Shown: one piece after another, positions 1 to 11,561 of the stretch | Layout: each line of letters begins with the position of its first letter | How positions within the stretch are numbered: position 1 is the stretch's first letter | Assembly: GCF_006345805.1 (NCBI RefSeq) | Contig: NC_043006.1 | Coordinates: forward strand, 24,862,001 to 24,926,000 | Direction: 5' to 3' | Length of the DNA: 64,000 bases | Origin: Octopus sinensis | Taxonomy: Eukaryota | Made by a program: the position numbers and the translations under genes | The notes under the pieces: generated by a model | Told to the model about the DNA's origin: nothing | The model's input: only the letters and a program-made list of their open reading frames with translations | Databases searched by the model: none

Positions 1-224
1 TTTGTGTTTAAATCAAAACCTGGTTGGCACTGTAAGCTGGCAAAATTAAAACTGTAGAAAATACTTAGTGGTACTTTTGACAGCTCTTTACATTCTTTAC
101 ATCCTGTCAAATTTCATCCCTCTGAGGATGATAGAATAAAGTAGCAGTCAAATAGTGGTGTCAATGATATTCACTAATTCCCTCCCATCAAAATTTCTGG
201 CTTTGTGCCTAAAATAGAAATAAT

Positions 225-435
225 TCTTAAAGTCAGTGAGCTGGCAGAAGGATTAGAGCATCCAAAAAAAAAAAAAGAACTTTTAGTTTTTGTTTCAGTT
301 CTACATTCTAAGTTCAAAATCTACTAAGATCAACATGGCCGTTCATCCCTCAAGGGTCAATAAAATAAAATACCAGTCAACTAACACCCTTTCTTCCAAA
401 CTGTTGATCTTGTGAATAAATTAGAAACCATTATT
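225..435 (+). mobile_element. Degraded tRNA-derived SINE (octopus OR1-like); a further relic lies at ~55-225
   Basis: gtgagctggcagaa head, gttcaaa B-box-like motif and (tta)n tail resemble the intact copies at 8030 and 51716. Confidence 0.6.
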
Positions 436-834
436 ATTATTATTGCTTCTTAAAACATACACATGTTTATTTCACCTCCAAATCAGATCATGGCTGAAGC
501 ATTACCAAATGAATTTTTGGGGATGGGTGATTGGGGATAAGTTGATAAAAAAAATTATAATTACTTGAAGAAAGCCTGTCCTCAATATCAGAGTTAGACA
601 AAACAAAGCAAGTTTGTTGTTACCGACTATTTATATGTATGATATTTTCACTTCCAAAATAACCACTAAATACATACAGTACATGACAAAACATGCCGGC
701 AACAAACGAAAAAGCACAACATGAAAACAAAATGCATAAGTGAATGAACAAAAGAGAGAGGGTAAAAAAATGAACATTTAAATGAATAAGTAATTGATAA
801 AAATATTATAAGCATCTTAACTGGTAGTTTGAAA

Positions 835-894
835 AATAGCAGTGGTAACAACACCAGTGGTAACAACAGCAGTGGTACCAATAGCAGTGGCAAC
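835..894. repeat. 4 x 15-bp minisatellite (aaYaScagtggYaMc)
   Basis: Units aatagcagtggtaac, aacaccagtggtaac, aacagcagtggtacc, aatagcagtggcaac read directly. Confidence 0.85.
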
Positions 895-1179
895 ATTCAG
901 GTGAAGTCAAAACTTTAAATGACTCACCTTGTAGTTGTTTCAATCACTCATATAGTTGTGCTTTAAAACTAATCTTGCTCTGATTCTAACACTAATAAAA
1001 CTAACAGAATTTTTAAACATAAATTAGTTCCAAGAATCAAAAAGAATTGTTGAAAGAATTTTTGTAGGGCCCAAGGGTATTTCTTTACCATAGAGTCTAA
1101 TCCAAAGGAGAAAAAACGAAAATATATATAGCTGTGCTTCAGTAAAGATGCATCTGGATTAAATCTTATCTCATAATAA

Positions 1180-1500
1180 ACAACCACAAGCACTTCTAGA
1201 CATCTTGGAAGAAATCCTCTCAATTGAGAAAGGAAAATGTTACTACATTATCTGCTGTATTTTCAAAACTGAAGACTTAGCTAAAACATAAATTAAAATC
1301 AATAGAATTTGTATCCCCCTGTACATGAGACACAGAAGTACTAGATTGACAATTAGAAGCATTGAGAATGATGTAGATATATAGCAGGTTGTCACTTTTG
1401 TAACACAGTATGGGGGAGTGATTAAAGCAGGGCTAATGAAGGCTCCCCAAAGGCCAAAGAGTCATATGAGAACTGTGCCTAGTTGAGGTCACCAAGACAA
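1180..1500 (+). pseudogene. Possible degenerate LINE (L1/Tx1-type) ORF1 relic
   Basis: Stop-interrupted frame ...LTIRSIENDVDI*QVVTFVTQYGGVIK resembles ORF1 RRM-like segments; recognition is weak. Confidence 0.3.
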
Positions 1501-2166
1501 AGAGTATGAGATTGATAATTCAGGGCAGTCACTACATTTATCATTAGAAGAACCATTTCAGAGCTTCTTGCCCTGAAGAATCAGAAAGATTAGAGGCAGA
1601 AAATCCTGAAATGAAAGTAAAGGAAATCATTACTGCCATTTCTGACAGTAAGAAGATCAACAGGCTTCCTCTTCCAAAGCATAGTCAAAACTCCAGGAAT
1701 AGATAGAGAAATCACATTATATTCAGCCTTGGAACAAGAAAGTAGATATTCCCTCTCCTACCATTAGCAACCAGTAACACCACTCCATCCCCATGTTATG
1801 AAGAAGAAATGATAATTGTTGAAGATAATGAACACACAATCAAACATAAAACAAAAGGTAAAAAGAATATATTAGAAAGGGAAAACAGAGTCAGTGTTAA
1901 ACAATTAAAACAAGTGAAAAGGAACAACTTTTACAATATAACACTGATAAGATGAGTTGGGCAAAGAACTGGGATTCACTGTCTCTCAAAAATCAAACTG
2001 GCAATTTATAGATAAAATTATACATTTGTGGTGCCATGGATAGTAAAAATAACACATGCAGCTAGGCTTTTAATATAGATGAAATGCAAGAGGCAGAATG
2101 GGGTAAAAACAAAATTTAGATTCCCAACATTCTGTCTTTATAGTTAATGAACTAAACAAATCTTAC

Positions 2167-2234
2167 CTTGAAGATGTTGGTATTTTTCAACTTCAACTGA
2201 CTCAAAAACTTTTAATAAGTGTAACAATAGCAGA
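2167..2234 (-). CDS. Candidate internal coding exon of unidentified minus-strand gene (LLLLHLLKVFESVEVEKYQHLQ)
   Basis: Acceptor tatctgtcag and donor CAAG|gtaaga; only one of three frames is open (68 nt, phase 2 to 1). Confidence 0.45.
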
Positions 2235-2336
2235 CTGACAGATACACAGGGCCCTTTAACCTGACCAATTTTTCATGTTATTTCCTTTAATCATATCTTG
2301 TTTTACATATTGTTTTATCATAATTCTATTTATTTA

Positions 2337-3579
2337 TCAGGTCATCCCATAAGTCCTGTCTGATATTACTTTTTTAAAACTGAATGAAATTTAATAGTAT
2401 TTTAGAATGTCTAATGGAATTATTTTTATGCATTTGTGTACATTTAAACTAATTAAATATTATTTTATAGAATAATAGAATTAAAATTTCTTTAATTAAA
2501 ACCCTTTTCTAACATAGAAGTATCCAAAGAGCACTTAAGGCACATAATGTTTTATGAGTACAACAAAAGAAACTCTGCAGCCAAAGCGACTCGAAACATA
2601 CACTCAGTTTATGGGAAAGAATGCTTGAATGAAAGAACTTGCAGAAGATGGTTTGCAAAATTCAGAAGTGGAGATTTCAGCCTTGAAGATGAAGATTGAA
2701 CAGGATGTCCAGTTGAGTTTGATGATAAGCTCCTTGAGGCATTACTTGAAGAAAATCCTGCATTATCATTTGAAGAATTGGCAATAAAGCTTAGTTCAAA
2801 CCATACAACTGTTCATTGTCATCTTCAACAACTTGGAAAGGTTCCCAAACTTGGAAAATGGGTGCCTCATGAATTGTCCGAAAGCAATCACAAATCCCGA
2901 GTTGACATCTGCTCTTCTCTCCATTCTCATGTGACTGGTGACGAAAAATAGATCTTGTATCAAAATGTTAAACATCGTAAATAGTGGCTTGGTAAAAGGG
3001 AAAAAGCTCAACCACAATTGAGAAGGGAACTTCATGGAAAAAAGATTCTTCTCTCTATCTGGTGGGAAGGCAAAGGAGTAATTCACTTTGAATTGTTACT
3101 ACCTAATGCAACAATCAATGCTCAAGTCTACTGTCAGCAATTAGAGCGTTTGAACCAAGCTTTAAAGAAAAAAAGACCCACTTTAGTGAATTGAAATGGA
3201 GTGATGTTTCATCAGGACAATGTGTGACCCCACACTGCAAAGATCACATCACAGAAGATTGAAGAGCTTGGTTGGGGAAAAATTCTTCATCCACCTTATT
3301 CTCCTGACCTTGCTCCTTCAGACTACCATTTGGTTCATACTTTACAGAATCATTTGGAGGACATAACTTTTGCAAGCCAGGAAGAGGTCAAAACCGACAT
3401 TTCTTTGCTTTGAAACCAAAAGAGTTTTACATTGATGGGATTAAAAAGCTTGTAAATAGATGGAAGGAAGTCATAGATAATCATGGAAAGTACATTGATG
3501 ATTAAATTTCAGTTAAATATAATATTTGATCACTTGTTTTCTTTATTCAAAATTCGGACAGAACTTATGGGATGACCTT
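2337..3579 (+). mobile_element. Mariner DNA transposon, near full length, with inactivated transposase (~2514-3505)
   Basis: TIRs aggtcatcccataagtcctgtctga / tcggacagaacttatgggatgacct; WVPHEL and YSPDLAPSDY motifs; ATG mutated to ATA, internal stops and frameshifts. Confidence 0.95.
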
Positions 3580-3790
3580 TTAAATGCTAATGTTTGTCTC
3601 TTAAAATTTTAATTCTTCCATTGAGTAGTTTCACCTTTCTCCCATCTTTGTATAATTTATATGGTCCTAACCCACATGTCTTTTCTTTGTTAATCCTTTG
3701 GTTAATATCTCTTAACATTTTTTAGCATTACTTTGAGTCCCTGTGGGTAATTAGGAAAAGATTGAAGGTGGGATATGTAGAGATTCCCAT

Positions 3791-4400
3791 TTGGTGTACG
3801 CTACAGAATGTATGAAAGAGAACTTGATTTATGTTGGTTGTACAACAGAACAATTAAACGAAAGGTTTAATGGGCACAGATTCGACGTCAGCTACAATGA
3901 CAGTAGTTGGATAGAACTTGCTAAACATTTCGTTTCAAGTGGCTACAATTTTGAAGAAGACTTGAAAGTGCATATTCTCAGAAAATATTCTGAATGTGCT
4001 TCATTTTCACTTCTCAGAATGTATGAGGAGAAATATGTTTGTGGGTTATTAACATCAAACCCTGGAGGAATTAATAAAATGACAGGAGAATATCATCAAA
4101 TTTATACAAAACTGTTTAAATATTCTTCTTTTTCTCTCTTTTCTTTCTTTTTTTTCTGTCTTTTTCTTTTTGCCTGTTATAAAATTGAAATTTAAAGACT
4201 GATGATGTCATTCCATCAACATGTGGACTCTTACTGCTCTCGTTCATACTTTACATTTAAATTTCTATAATTCTGAATTTTCATCACTTCTAATTTTGAA
4301 CTTGACAAAGACAGATTTACTGTTGAAATATTGTTCAACCAATAAAATATCTATTACAATCGAATCGCACTCTTCATCCTGACTGTCTACCTTTGTGAAG
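3791..4400 (+). mobile_element. Penelope-like element 3' fragment: GIY-YIG endonuclease plus pLTR relic
   Basis: ORF 3791-4195 VYATEC...IYVGCT...LNERFNGHR...GIN; decayed hammerhead-like CTGATGA...ACATGT at ~4200-4225. Confidence 0.8.
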
Positions 4401-4449
4401 AGTTATATCAATCCTTTTAAAAATATTATTATTATCATTATTGTTATTA

Positions 4450-5085
4450 TTTTTATGGTGGTGGTGAACTGTTAAACTCATTAGCACACTGGGCAAAATA
4501 CTCCAACATGTCATCCTTCTTTACATTTTGTGTTCAAATTTCACTGAAGTTTGTTTGACTTTGCATTTCATCTTTTCAGGGTTGATAAAATATGTATTAG
4601 TTGAGCACTGGGGTTGATGTAACTGACTTACCCCTCCTTTGAAATTGCTGGCCTTGTACCAAAATTTGAAATCACTGGTGTTATCATTATTAAGGTGGCA
4701 AGCTGGTGGAATTAATAGTGTGTTGAACAAAATGCTTAACAGCATTTCGTCTGTCTTTACATTCTGAGTTCAAATTCTGCTAAGGTTGACATTGCCCTTC
4801 ATCTTTTTGTGGTCAATGAAATAAGTGCCATTTGTGTGCCATGGTCAATGTAATTGACTAGCCCTCTCCTGACAATTTCAGGCCTTGTGCCTATAGTAGA
4901 AAGGATTATTATCATCACCATATATATGTGCTGGCATGGTTATGTGGTTATGAACTTCACTTCACAACCGCATGGCTCTGGGTTGGCACCTTAAGCAATT
5001 ATCTTTTACTATAGCCTCAGGATAACCATTGCCTCGTGAGTGAAATTGGTAGATAGAAACTAGGCAGGATGCCATATGTATGTGT
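4450..5085 (+). mobile_element. Cluster of degraded tRNA-derived SINEs (OR1-like and OR2/CORE-like)
   Basis: Repeated gagttcaaatt...ctttcatc motifs, tail ccttgtgcctatagtagaaaggattatt, and a CORE-like cttttactatagcc. Confidence 0.65.
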
Positions 5086-5274
5086 AAATGTTATTCCATG
5101 TGTCTTTATTAAGTGTCTTTGTTCATAGTCTCCAGTATACAAAAACTCTTGTAGTTAACAGCTTTCAGTGGGTAATGATCAATAGAATGAAAAAAAAATA
5201 CCATACATGGAAAACAGTTAAAGGTTGGTAAAAGGATCAGCTTTTAATCATTGTTGTCCATTTATACATTACAC

Positions 5275-5305
<31 letters not shown>

Positions 5306-6476
5306 ATCAAAGATTACTATTTCTGAGGATTAAAAAGACTCTCTATATATAATTAACTATTGATAATAATAAACTATTACTTTATATTTAGTATTGAGTA
5401 CATTTAAACCAATGTACATTGTACACACACATGCACACACACACACACATATAAATATATATATATCTTATATCTTTGTAAGTATAAATATTTCACTGGT
5501 TTCATGTACTGCAGTCATGCTGGAACACTATCTTCATATGTCTTAGTTTATTATATATGATCCATTGCTTTTGTGCCACAACTCCATTTTAACTAGCAGT
5601 AACCATTCAAGACAGTTGCTAACAGCAGTAAAATACTGCCTTTTTTCCACATATTGGCTTCATGTGGTTTAATTAATTACTCTGTTCTCTCTCTCTCTCC
5701 CTCTCCCTCCCTCCCTCTCCCTCTCTCTCTCTCCCCCTCTCTCTCAATTCTTTTTTAAGCCTGCAATAGTTGCCATACTTCTTTGTTTTGGAAGAGAGGT
5801 GAAGGGTTGGAAGTGGAGCTGAAATATATTCATCTATTTAGTTTCACAAGTGCTTATAAATTAATCTGTGGAACACTTTGAAGCGATTAGCATTAGGGGG
5901 ATTTCTATATTTAGTATTTGTTACTGCTTTTATTTATTAATTTATATATTATGAATGATTAGAACAACCATGTCAGCTTGCATTTTTTATCTCAGCCAGT
6001 TTGATGAATGGAGGAAGATTGGCCTGCTTTATTCCCCTTTTAAAGATTAATACCAGAGTTTTCAGCAAAGTAATCTCATTATCTGTTGATTTATCTATTA
6101 TTTTTATGTCCCATTTCATCTTTTTTTATGTACAGTATTTTTAACTGTGCTATCACTCTGCTTTTATTATTTGGCTGTTTCATTAGGCTGTGAACTTTCA
6201 GCAACAACATTTAGTATATATGGTAGCTACAGGTGATAAATTATTGCAGCAAGTACAGAAATTAATTGATCCTTGATGCAAGCAAACAAATTACTGATAT
6301 AATGTATGTTTTTTTTTTGTTTGTTCATTTTCCCTAAGAACTGAACATCAACTCTCAATTGAAATTGTAAGTTTATAAATTTACATGTGTAAAATATTTC
6401 ATAATGGGTGCTAACTATTTCCATCTGATAATGATAAAACCAAAGCATACAGAACTAACGAAACATCAATACATAC

Positions 6477-6517
6477 TGGAACATAGTGATATGTCTATTT
6501 CTTCTTGAATAATACAA
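6477..6517 (-). CDS. Candidate 41-nt coding exon of minus-strand gene (CIIQEEIDISLCS)
   Basis: Acceptor ctattatcttttgtag, donor CCA|gtatgt, open frame. Confidence 0.4.
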
Positions 6518-7254
6518 CTACAAAAGATAATAGTGTATTTGTATATTCCTTCCCTATTCCTACACAAAACAGATTTAGTTAAGCAATATATGTTTTATTA
6601 ATGTAAAAGATATTATTTTTGTAATATCAACAACAGCTGTTTTAGATGGATTTTTCTAATCTTTGACTAACTAGATTAATTAAAGAGTTAAACAATTGAT
6701 ATGTTTGACATAATTACTTTAAAAAATTAAGCAAAAATGGATTTGTTAAGGAAAATAGTTCTTTATTCTTGGAAAGAATGAAGAGTTCTGTTTTGACCTG
6801 CTTTGGTGAAAAGTTAAGAAAAATTGTTGCTCAGGAAGGTAACAAACACTAAACCATGTTTGAAAAGTGTTTTGAAAATTCCAGTGACCCCAGCCACAGT
6901 ATGTATTTAATGAAGTATCTTTTTGCTATTTTACTGTATCATTTTAATTTTTACCTATTTTAAACACTGCACAAGACAATCACATATATTCAGTAATTGT
7001 TGAGCACTAGTGTCTGGCTATTTTTTAATTGATAATATGTAGGCTTTAATTCATTAATTGGCTATCAAGGGTAATTTTTTCATTGTTGTATAAAAATTAG
7101 TTAAATTTATAAAATTAATACTTAAAAGCTGACAAAGCTAATTAAAACAGTTCTATCTAAATTAAATCAGTTCTTTCAAAGCTAATTAAAACAGTTCCAT
7201 CTTGTTGTCATTTTTAAAAGAGTCCTTATCTTTTGAAAGTGAACTTCAGATGCA

Positions 7255-7289
7255 TACATACACACACAAACACATGCACGTGCATGCAT

Positions 7290-7352
<63 letters not shown>
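7255..7352. repeat. (CA)n microsatellite
   Basis: Read directly. Confidence 0.95.
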
Positions 7353-7354
<2 letters not shown>

Positions 7355-7708
7355 GGACTTCTTTCAGTTTCTTTTCACCAAATTCATTTGCAAGCCTTTG
7401 GTTGACCTAAAGCTATAGAAGAAAACACTTTCTCAAGGTTCCAAGCGGTGAGGTTATTTCTCAATCCATGTTGTGAAGCAAACTTCTCAATCAGAAATCC
7501 ATACCTGTACCTCAACAAAAACAATTTAACACTATCATTATTGTGTCTATATATTATTATATATGCTGCATACATTAGGCTGAGGAACTGTTCACTATTT
7601 GATAAGCCACTTACATTGCCCCCACCCCCACCCCCACCCCCACCCCACAAATTATCTTCTCTTGTTACATGTGCATGTATTCTTCTTGTATATATTTTCA
7701 CTGTAAAT

Positions 7709-7951
7709 TCATATTAACTGGCCATTTTCTTTGATTAAAAATCCTAACAGCTCCAAATTGTGACTTGGGTATTTACTAACATAACTGAGTGCACCAATGG
7801 TTATTAGTGCGAATGTAAATTTATTACCAGAGTAGAGGAGTTGCTGGTTTGGAAACAGTTGTTCATAAACATTTTTCTTCTTGCTGGGTTTAGAAGTGAC
7901 TTTCACATCTTCAGAGTAACTTAGCTCTATGACAGTTATTTTCTGTCCCAA
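7709..7951 (-). pseudogene. Relic of restriction-like endonuclease C-terminus of an R2/NeSL-type non-LTR element
   Basis: KITVIELSYSEDVK...KKKNVYEQL...FALITIGALSYVSK pattern. Confidence 0.45.
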
Positions 7952-8029
7952 ATAATTATGTCAGGTCTGTTATGCTTGCGCTTGGTAGAAAGTTTGATGA
8001 GAATGTTCCATCAATATTCCTTGTATGTA

Positions 8030-8253
8030 AAAGGTGGCGAGCTGGTAGAAACGTTAGCACACCGGGCAAAATGCGTAGCCGTATTTCGTCTGTCGTTACG
8101 TTCCGAGTTCAAATTCCGCCGAGGTCGACTTTGCCTTTCATCCTCTCGGGGTCGATAAATTAAGTACCAGATACGCACTGGGGTCGATATAATTGACTTA
8201 ATCCCTTTGTTTGTCCCCTCTGTGTTTAGCCCCTTGTGGGTAGTAAAGAAAGA
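8030..8253 (+). mobile_element. Young full-length tRNA-derived SINE (OR1-like) with 17-bp TSD
   Basis: TSD aatattcc(t/a)tgtatgta at 8013-8029 and 8254-8270; A/B-box-like head. Confidence 0.9.
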
Positions 8254-8339
8254 AATATTCCATGTATGTATATATTCCATTGCAGAGGTGTTGTTTATAT
8301 TTATCTCAGGACAGCTTTCTTTGCAGACGGTATTATCTT

Positions 8340-8520
8340 TTATCTTGTACTTGTTTCAATCATTAGACTGTGGCCATGCTGGAGCACCACACTGAAGAAT
8401 TTTTAGTTGAATGAATTGACTCCAGAATTTTTTCTAAGCTTGATACTTATTCTGAAAATCTCTTTTACTGAACCACTAAGTTACAGGAACATAAACACAC
8501 CAACACCAGTTGTCAGTTCT
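8340..8520 (-). mobile_element. 3' fragment of OR2/CORE-type SINE
   Basis: Reverse complement of the tail ggtgctccagcatggccacagtc...tgaaacaag seen at 38840-38900. Confidence 0.7.
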
Positions 8521-8619
8521 ACAGGAGATCAATTATAACAAATATTCCTTTTCAGATATAGTGAAAAATAGAAATGATTTTATGAAAGATAATCTATTAT
8601 TTTTATTGTCATTCTATTT

Positions 8620-9250
8620 ATAGTAGTAAAGAATGGACAACATTGTCCACAAGAACTCAGCTTTGTCATACAATACAAAAAGCAACAAACTAGTAGCAGA
8701 CTTAGTTAGGATAATGAATAATGTGTCCCCACTATGCGAACCCTATGAAACAAGGAATCATGCACAGAACTTCATGCACCACAAGCAATTCTCTGGATAT
8801 GACCAAAAAGATAGGATTCGTGTATACAGGGGAGCTAGAAAGAAGTTAGATAGCATCATATCTACCTAGATACAGAGGTAAAGAATGGAATATTATACAG
8901 TTTGTGACAAAGCAAACAGAAAGAACACATGGTACAGGGTTGACAAATATCAAGGAGTGATGTTTGCAGAGGCCACACCTGATGGGGAACTAGCCCGTAG
9001 ATTTAGAAGGCTCTGAAGTAGACCAAACTTAACACTTGAAGCAATATAATGACAAGAAACAGTCTTCCATACTCTATCAACATGCCAAAGACCAACATGC
9101 AGGCACACTGGGCCGACTTGACATCCACATTTTATCCAAGCACCTGAAGGACCCATCACTTAGACAAATACAGGAGTATGTCCTTATAAATGAAACATCC
9201 CCGTACAACATCGGAAATACACATAGAAGGTAGTGATATCCCAATACTCA
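8620..9250 (+). mobile_element. Degenerate Penelope-like element C-terminal region (RT thumb + GIY-YIG); tail resumes at ~9690-9790
   Basis: HKNSALSYNTK...FSGYDQKDR and SSILYQHAKDQH...IHILSKH...RQIQE; same family as 16678-16900. Confidence 0.65.
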
Positions 9251-9269
9251 TAGAATATACATACATAGG

Positions 9270-9680
9270 TACATTTACTGGTAGGCTGTTATGTAGGCAA
9301 ATATATATATATAGGTAGGTAGGTAAATGGATATGTTGGTAAATAAATAGATACATAGGTAAGTAGATAAACAGGTACATAGGTAATATGGACAGACAAG
9401 CACACACACGCACACTAAAGGAGATGGAAACACATGACCATACTCACACACACACTCCACACAGGCATACACATAAACACACTCAAACACACACATACAA
9501 GGAAGCACACATACACACACATATACACAAGCATGCACACACATATAAACACATGAATATGCAGAACACATACATATGTACACACACATATATACATGCA
9601 TACACACACATGCATACATACATATGTGCATAGACAAGCACACATGCATGCTGGCACGCACATATGCACACAATCAGACA
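9270..9680. repeat. Compound (TAGG)/(CA)/(TACA) low-complexity tract
   Basis: Read directly. Confidence 0.85.
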
Positions 9681-9897
9681 AAAGGAATGCAGCTCAGATA
9701 AGGGACAGAGTCAACATCCATTGACAAGGTTGCAAAGCAATTAAAATTTTGGAGAAGAAAAAATATGAATAAATGAGTGAAAATTGAACCAGTGAGTGTG
9801 TTAGATATTAAGGCAGTATGACTCTCCCCAGACACCACAAAATTTGTTTCACTACACAAATTCACAAAAAGAATCTTGCAAATCAGATACAAAACAC

Positions 9898-10062
9898 TAT
9901 TAATCAAAGTATACAGTAATATAGATTCATTTCAGCTGATCTTAGCAATCAATTTCATACAAGATATTAGGTACTTAGATGATTACCTAAGACTGGCTCA
10001 TCAAAGTAGCTACTATAGAAAGAATGGGGACAGCTCTCAGTTACTGAGGGGAGGAAGTGTCA
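9898..10062 (-). other. Intronic inverted copy of exon 10556-10708; putative editing-complementary sequence (ECS)
   Basis: 9898-9917 is the exact reverse complement of 10681-10700; 9975-9995 matches 10648-10668 at 19/21; 10035-10062 matches ~10581-10608. Confidence 0.8.
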
Positions 10063-10555
10063 CACCTGGTTTGTGGGTGTTGCAAAAAAAATAAAACGAT
10101 GCCATGGGAGATGATTAATGATTGAATTCAATCAAGAGTTACCCAAAATGCCTGAGTGAGTCACTGCCAGCAAAGTGGAGTTTGGGTGTGAGTAGTAAGG
10201 ATTGATATATGTACAGGGTGTGTGTGCGAGGAAGAGGGTGTGGATATGCTCCCAAAACCATAAACTCTGTGTTAGTGCATTCATGTATTTATGTGTATGT
10301 GGTTGAGTGTCATCAATATTTTGCTGGGCTCTCAGTTTATGGTGGTGAAATGATTAATGATTATAAACATTAGGGCTTCCTAACATTTTATAATCATGGT
10401 GGAGTCATTAGGTAACTAATCACATATTTTCTTTCATGTGATCACAAGCTGAAGATTTCAGTTTTGCAGTATAGGTAGATGTATGTGTGAAGAGAGCTCT
10501 TTAAGGCTGAGAAAAAAAAACTATAATAAAGAAGCCTCTTTACCCAAGAACCTAC

Positions 10556-10708
10556 CTGAACTGCAAGAAGGAAATTTTCTGGCACTTCCTCACCTCCAAT
10601 ACAGAGATCCATTCTCATATTTTCCCTAACTACCACACTGATAAGTGCAGTCTTAGGTAATTGTCTAATGGATCCATAAAACTGTATACTTTGATTAATA
10701 TTCTTCCT
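10556..10708 (-). CDS. Internal coding exon of unidentified minus-strand gene (RKNINQSIQFYGSIRQLPKTALISVVVRENMRMDLCIGGEEVPENFLLAVQ)
   Basis: Acceptor tatttgtctgcag, donor CAG|gtaggt, 153 nt = 51 open codons (phase 0/0), protein-like composition. Confidence 0.8.
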
Positions 10709-10831
10709 CTGCAGACAAATACATAAGTGTTAATTTTTTCTGATTTATGGATTCTTAGATGACTTACATGCTCCCATGTGTTGCAGAGTATATGGCAATA
10801 GGCCACTTACAATTTGTGACATATATATATA

Positions 10832-11561
10832 CTAGCTTAAGGTGACCGCTCTACGTGCGGGTGAGGTTGTGGTTGTTACTTTCTGTCGCTTCCTTTCTGT
10901 TTCTTATCGCCACATTCTCCCTCTTTGTTTCTTTATCCTTTCTCATTTTCCTACTCTCTTACTCTTCCTTTATCTCAGACTTTCCCTCGCTTTTTCTTAC
11001 TCTTTATCTATCTCTCTGCCATTTATAAAAAAGATTAGATTTCTGCGTTTAAATTACAAATCCGCTTCCACTTTACCATGTTGAAAATTTGATTGAAATC
11101 GGGCAAAAGGTGTCTGATCTAGACCACCAAGTGTCCCCCAAAATCAATAAAATCCCAGTTTTCACACCAAAGCAACCACTGTAGTGCCACAAAACGTCTC
11201 CCAATCAATTTCCACCCTCAAGTTACCCCCTCCTGTAAATTTGAATCCTCTTCCAGCCCCATTTAGACCCCTTTTTACATAAAAATTCAATCTGTATCTA
11301 CGTTCGCCTTCTTCATTTTATAGATAGGATTAGATGCCAATCACACCAATCTGGAGGGGCTTAGAGCCCCCTTGAATCTTCTCACCATAGCAACCACATC
11401 TTTCCAGATGGTGAGTTTCAACCTACTCAACTTGCCTCATCACGCCTTCTATGCCTGTATCGATTTTCAGCTCGATCTGACCACTGGTGTGGCCGCCAAC
11501 CTCTGACGTAGCAAAACGTGCACACAATTTTGACCCAAAGCCTCTTTTATATATATAGATA
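10832..11561. mobile_element. Non-autonomous interspersed element, possibly Helitron/Helentron-related
   Basis: Starts with (TA)n-ctag...gaccgctctacgtgcggg, ends ttttatatatatagat; non-coding and GC-richer than flanks. Confidence 0.4.

Noticed and set aside
5997-6280. Plus-strand exon pair (SLMNGGRLACFIPLLKINTRVFSK / AVNFQQQHLVYMVATGDKLLQQVQKLIDP*)
   Set aside because: Weak donor, no recognisable homology, and it overlaps the better-supported minus-strand gene region; cannot be supported.
8030-8110. tRNA-like sequences at SINE heads (also 38461, 51716, 58820)
   Set aside because: A/B boxes present but no complete cloverleaf; they continue into SINE bodies with TSDs.
9876-10094. ORF with IRYLDDYL, resembling an RT YxDD motif
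   Set aside because: No other RT motifs; the sequence is better explained as the inverted copy of exon 10556-10708 read in another frame.
10811-10831. 21-nt micro-exon (YIYMSQI) with a gtaagt donor just upstream of the main exon
   Set aside because: The acceptor is supplied by the TE terminus and half the exon is TA repeat; probably coincidental.
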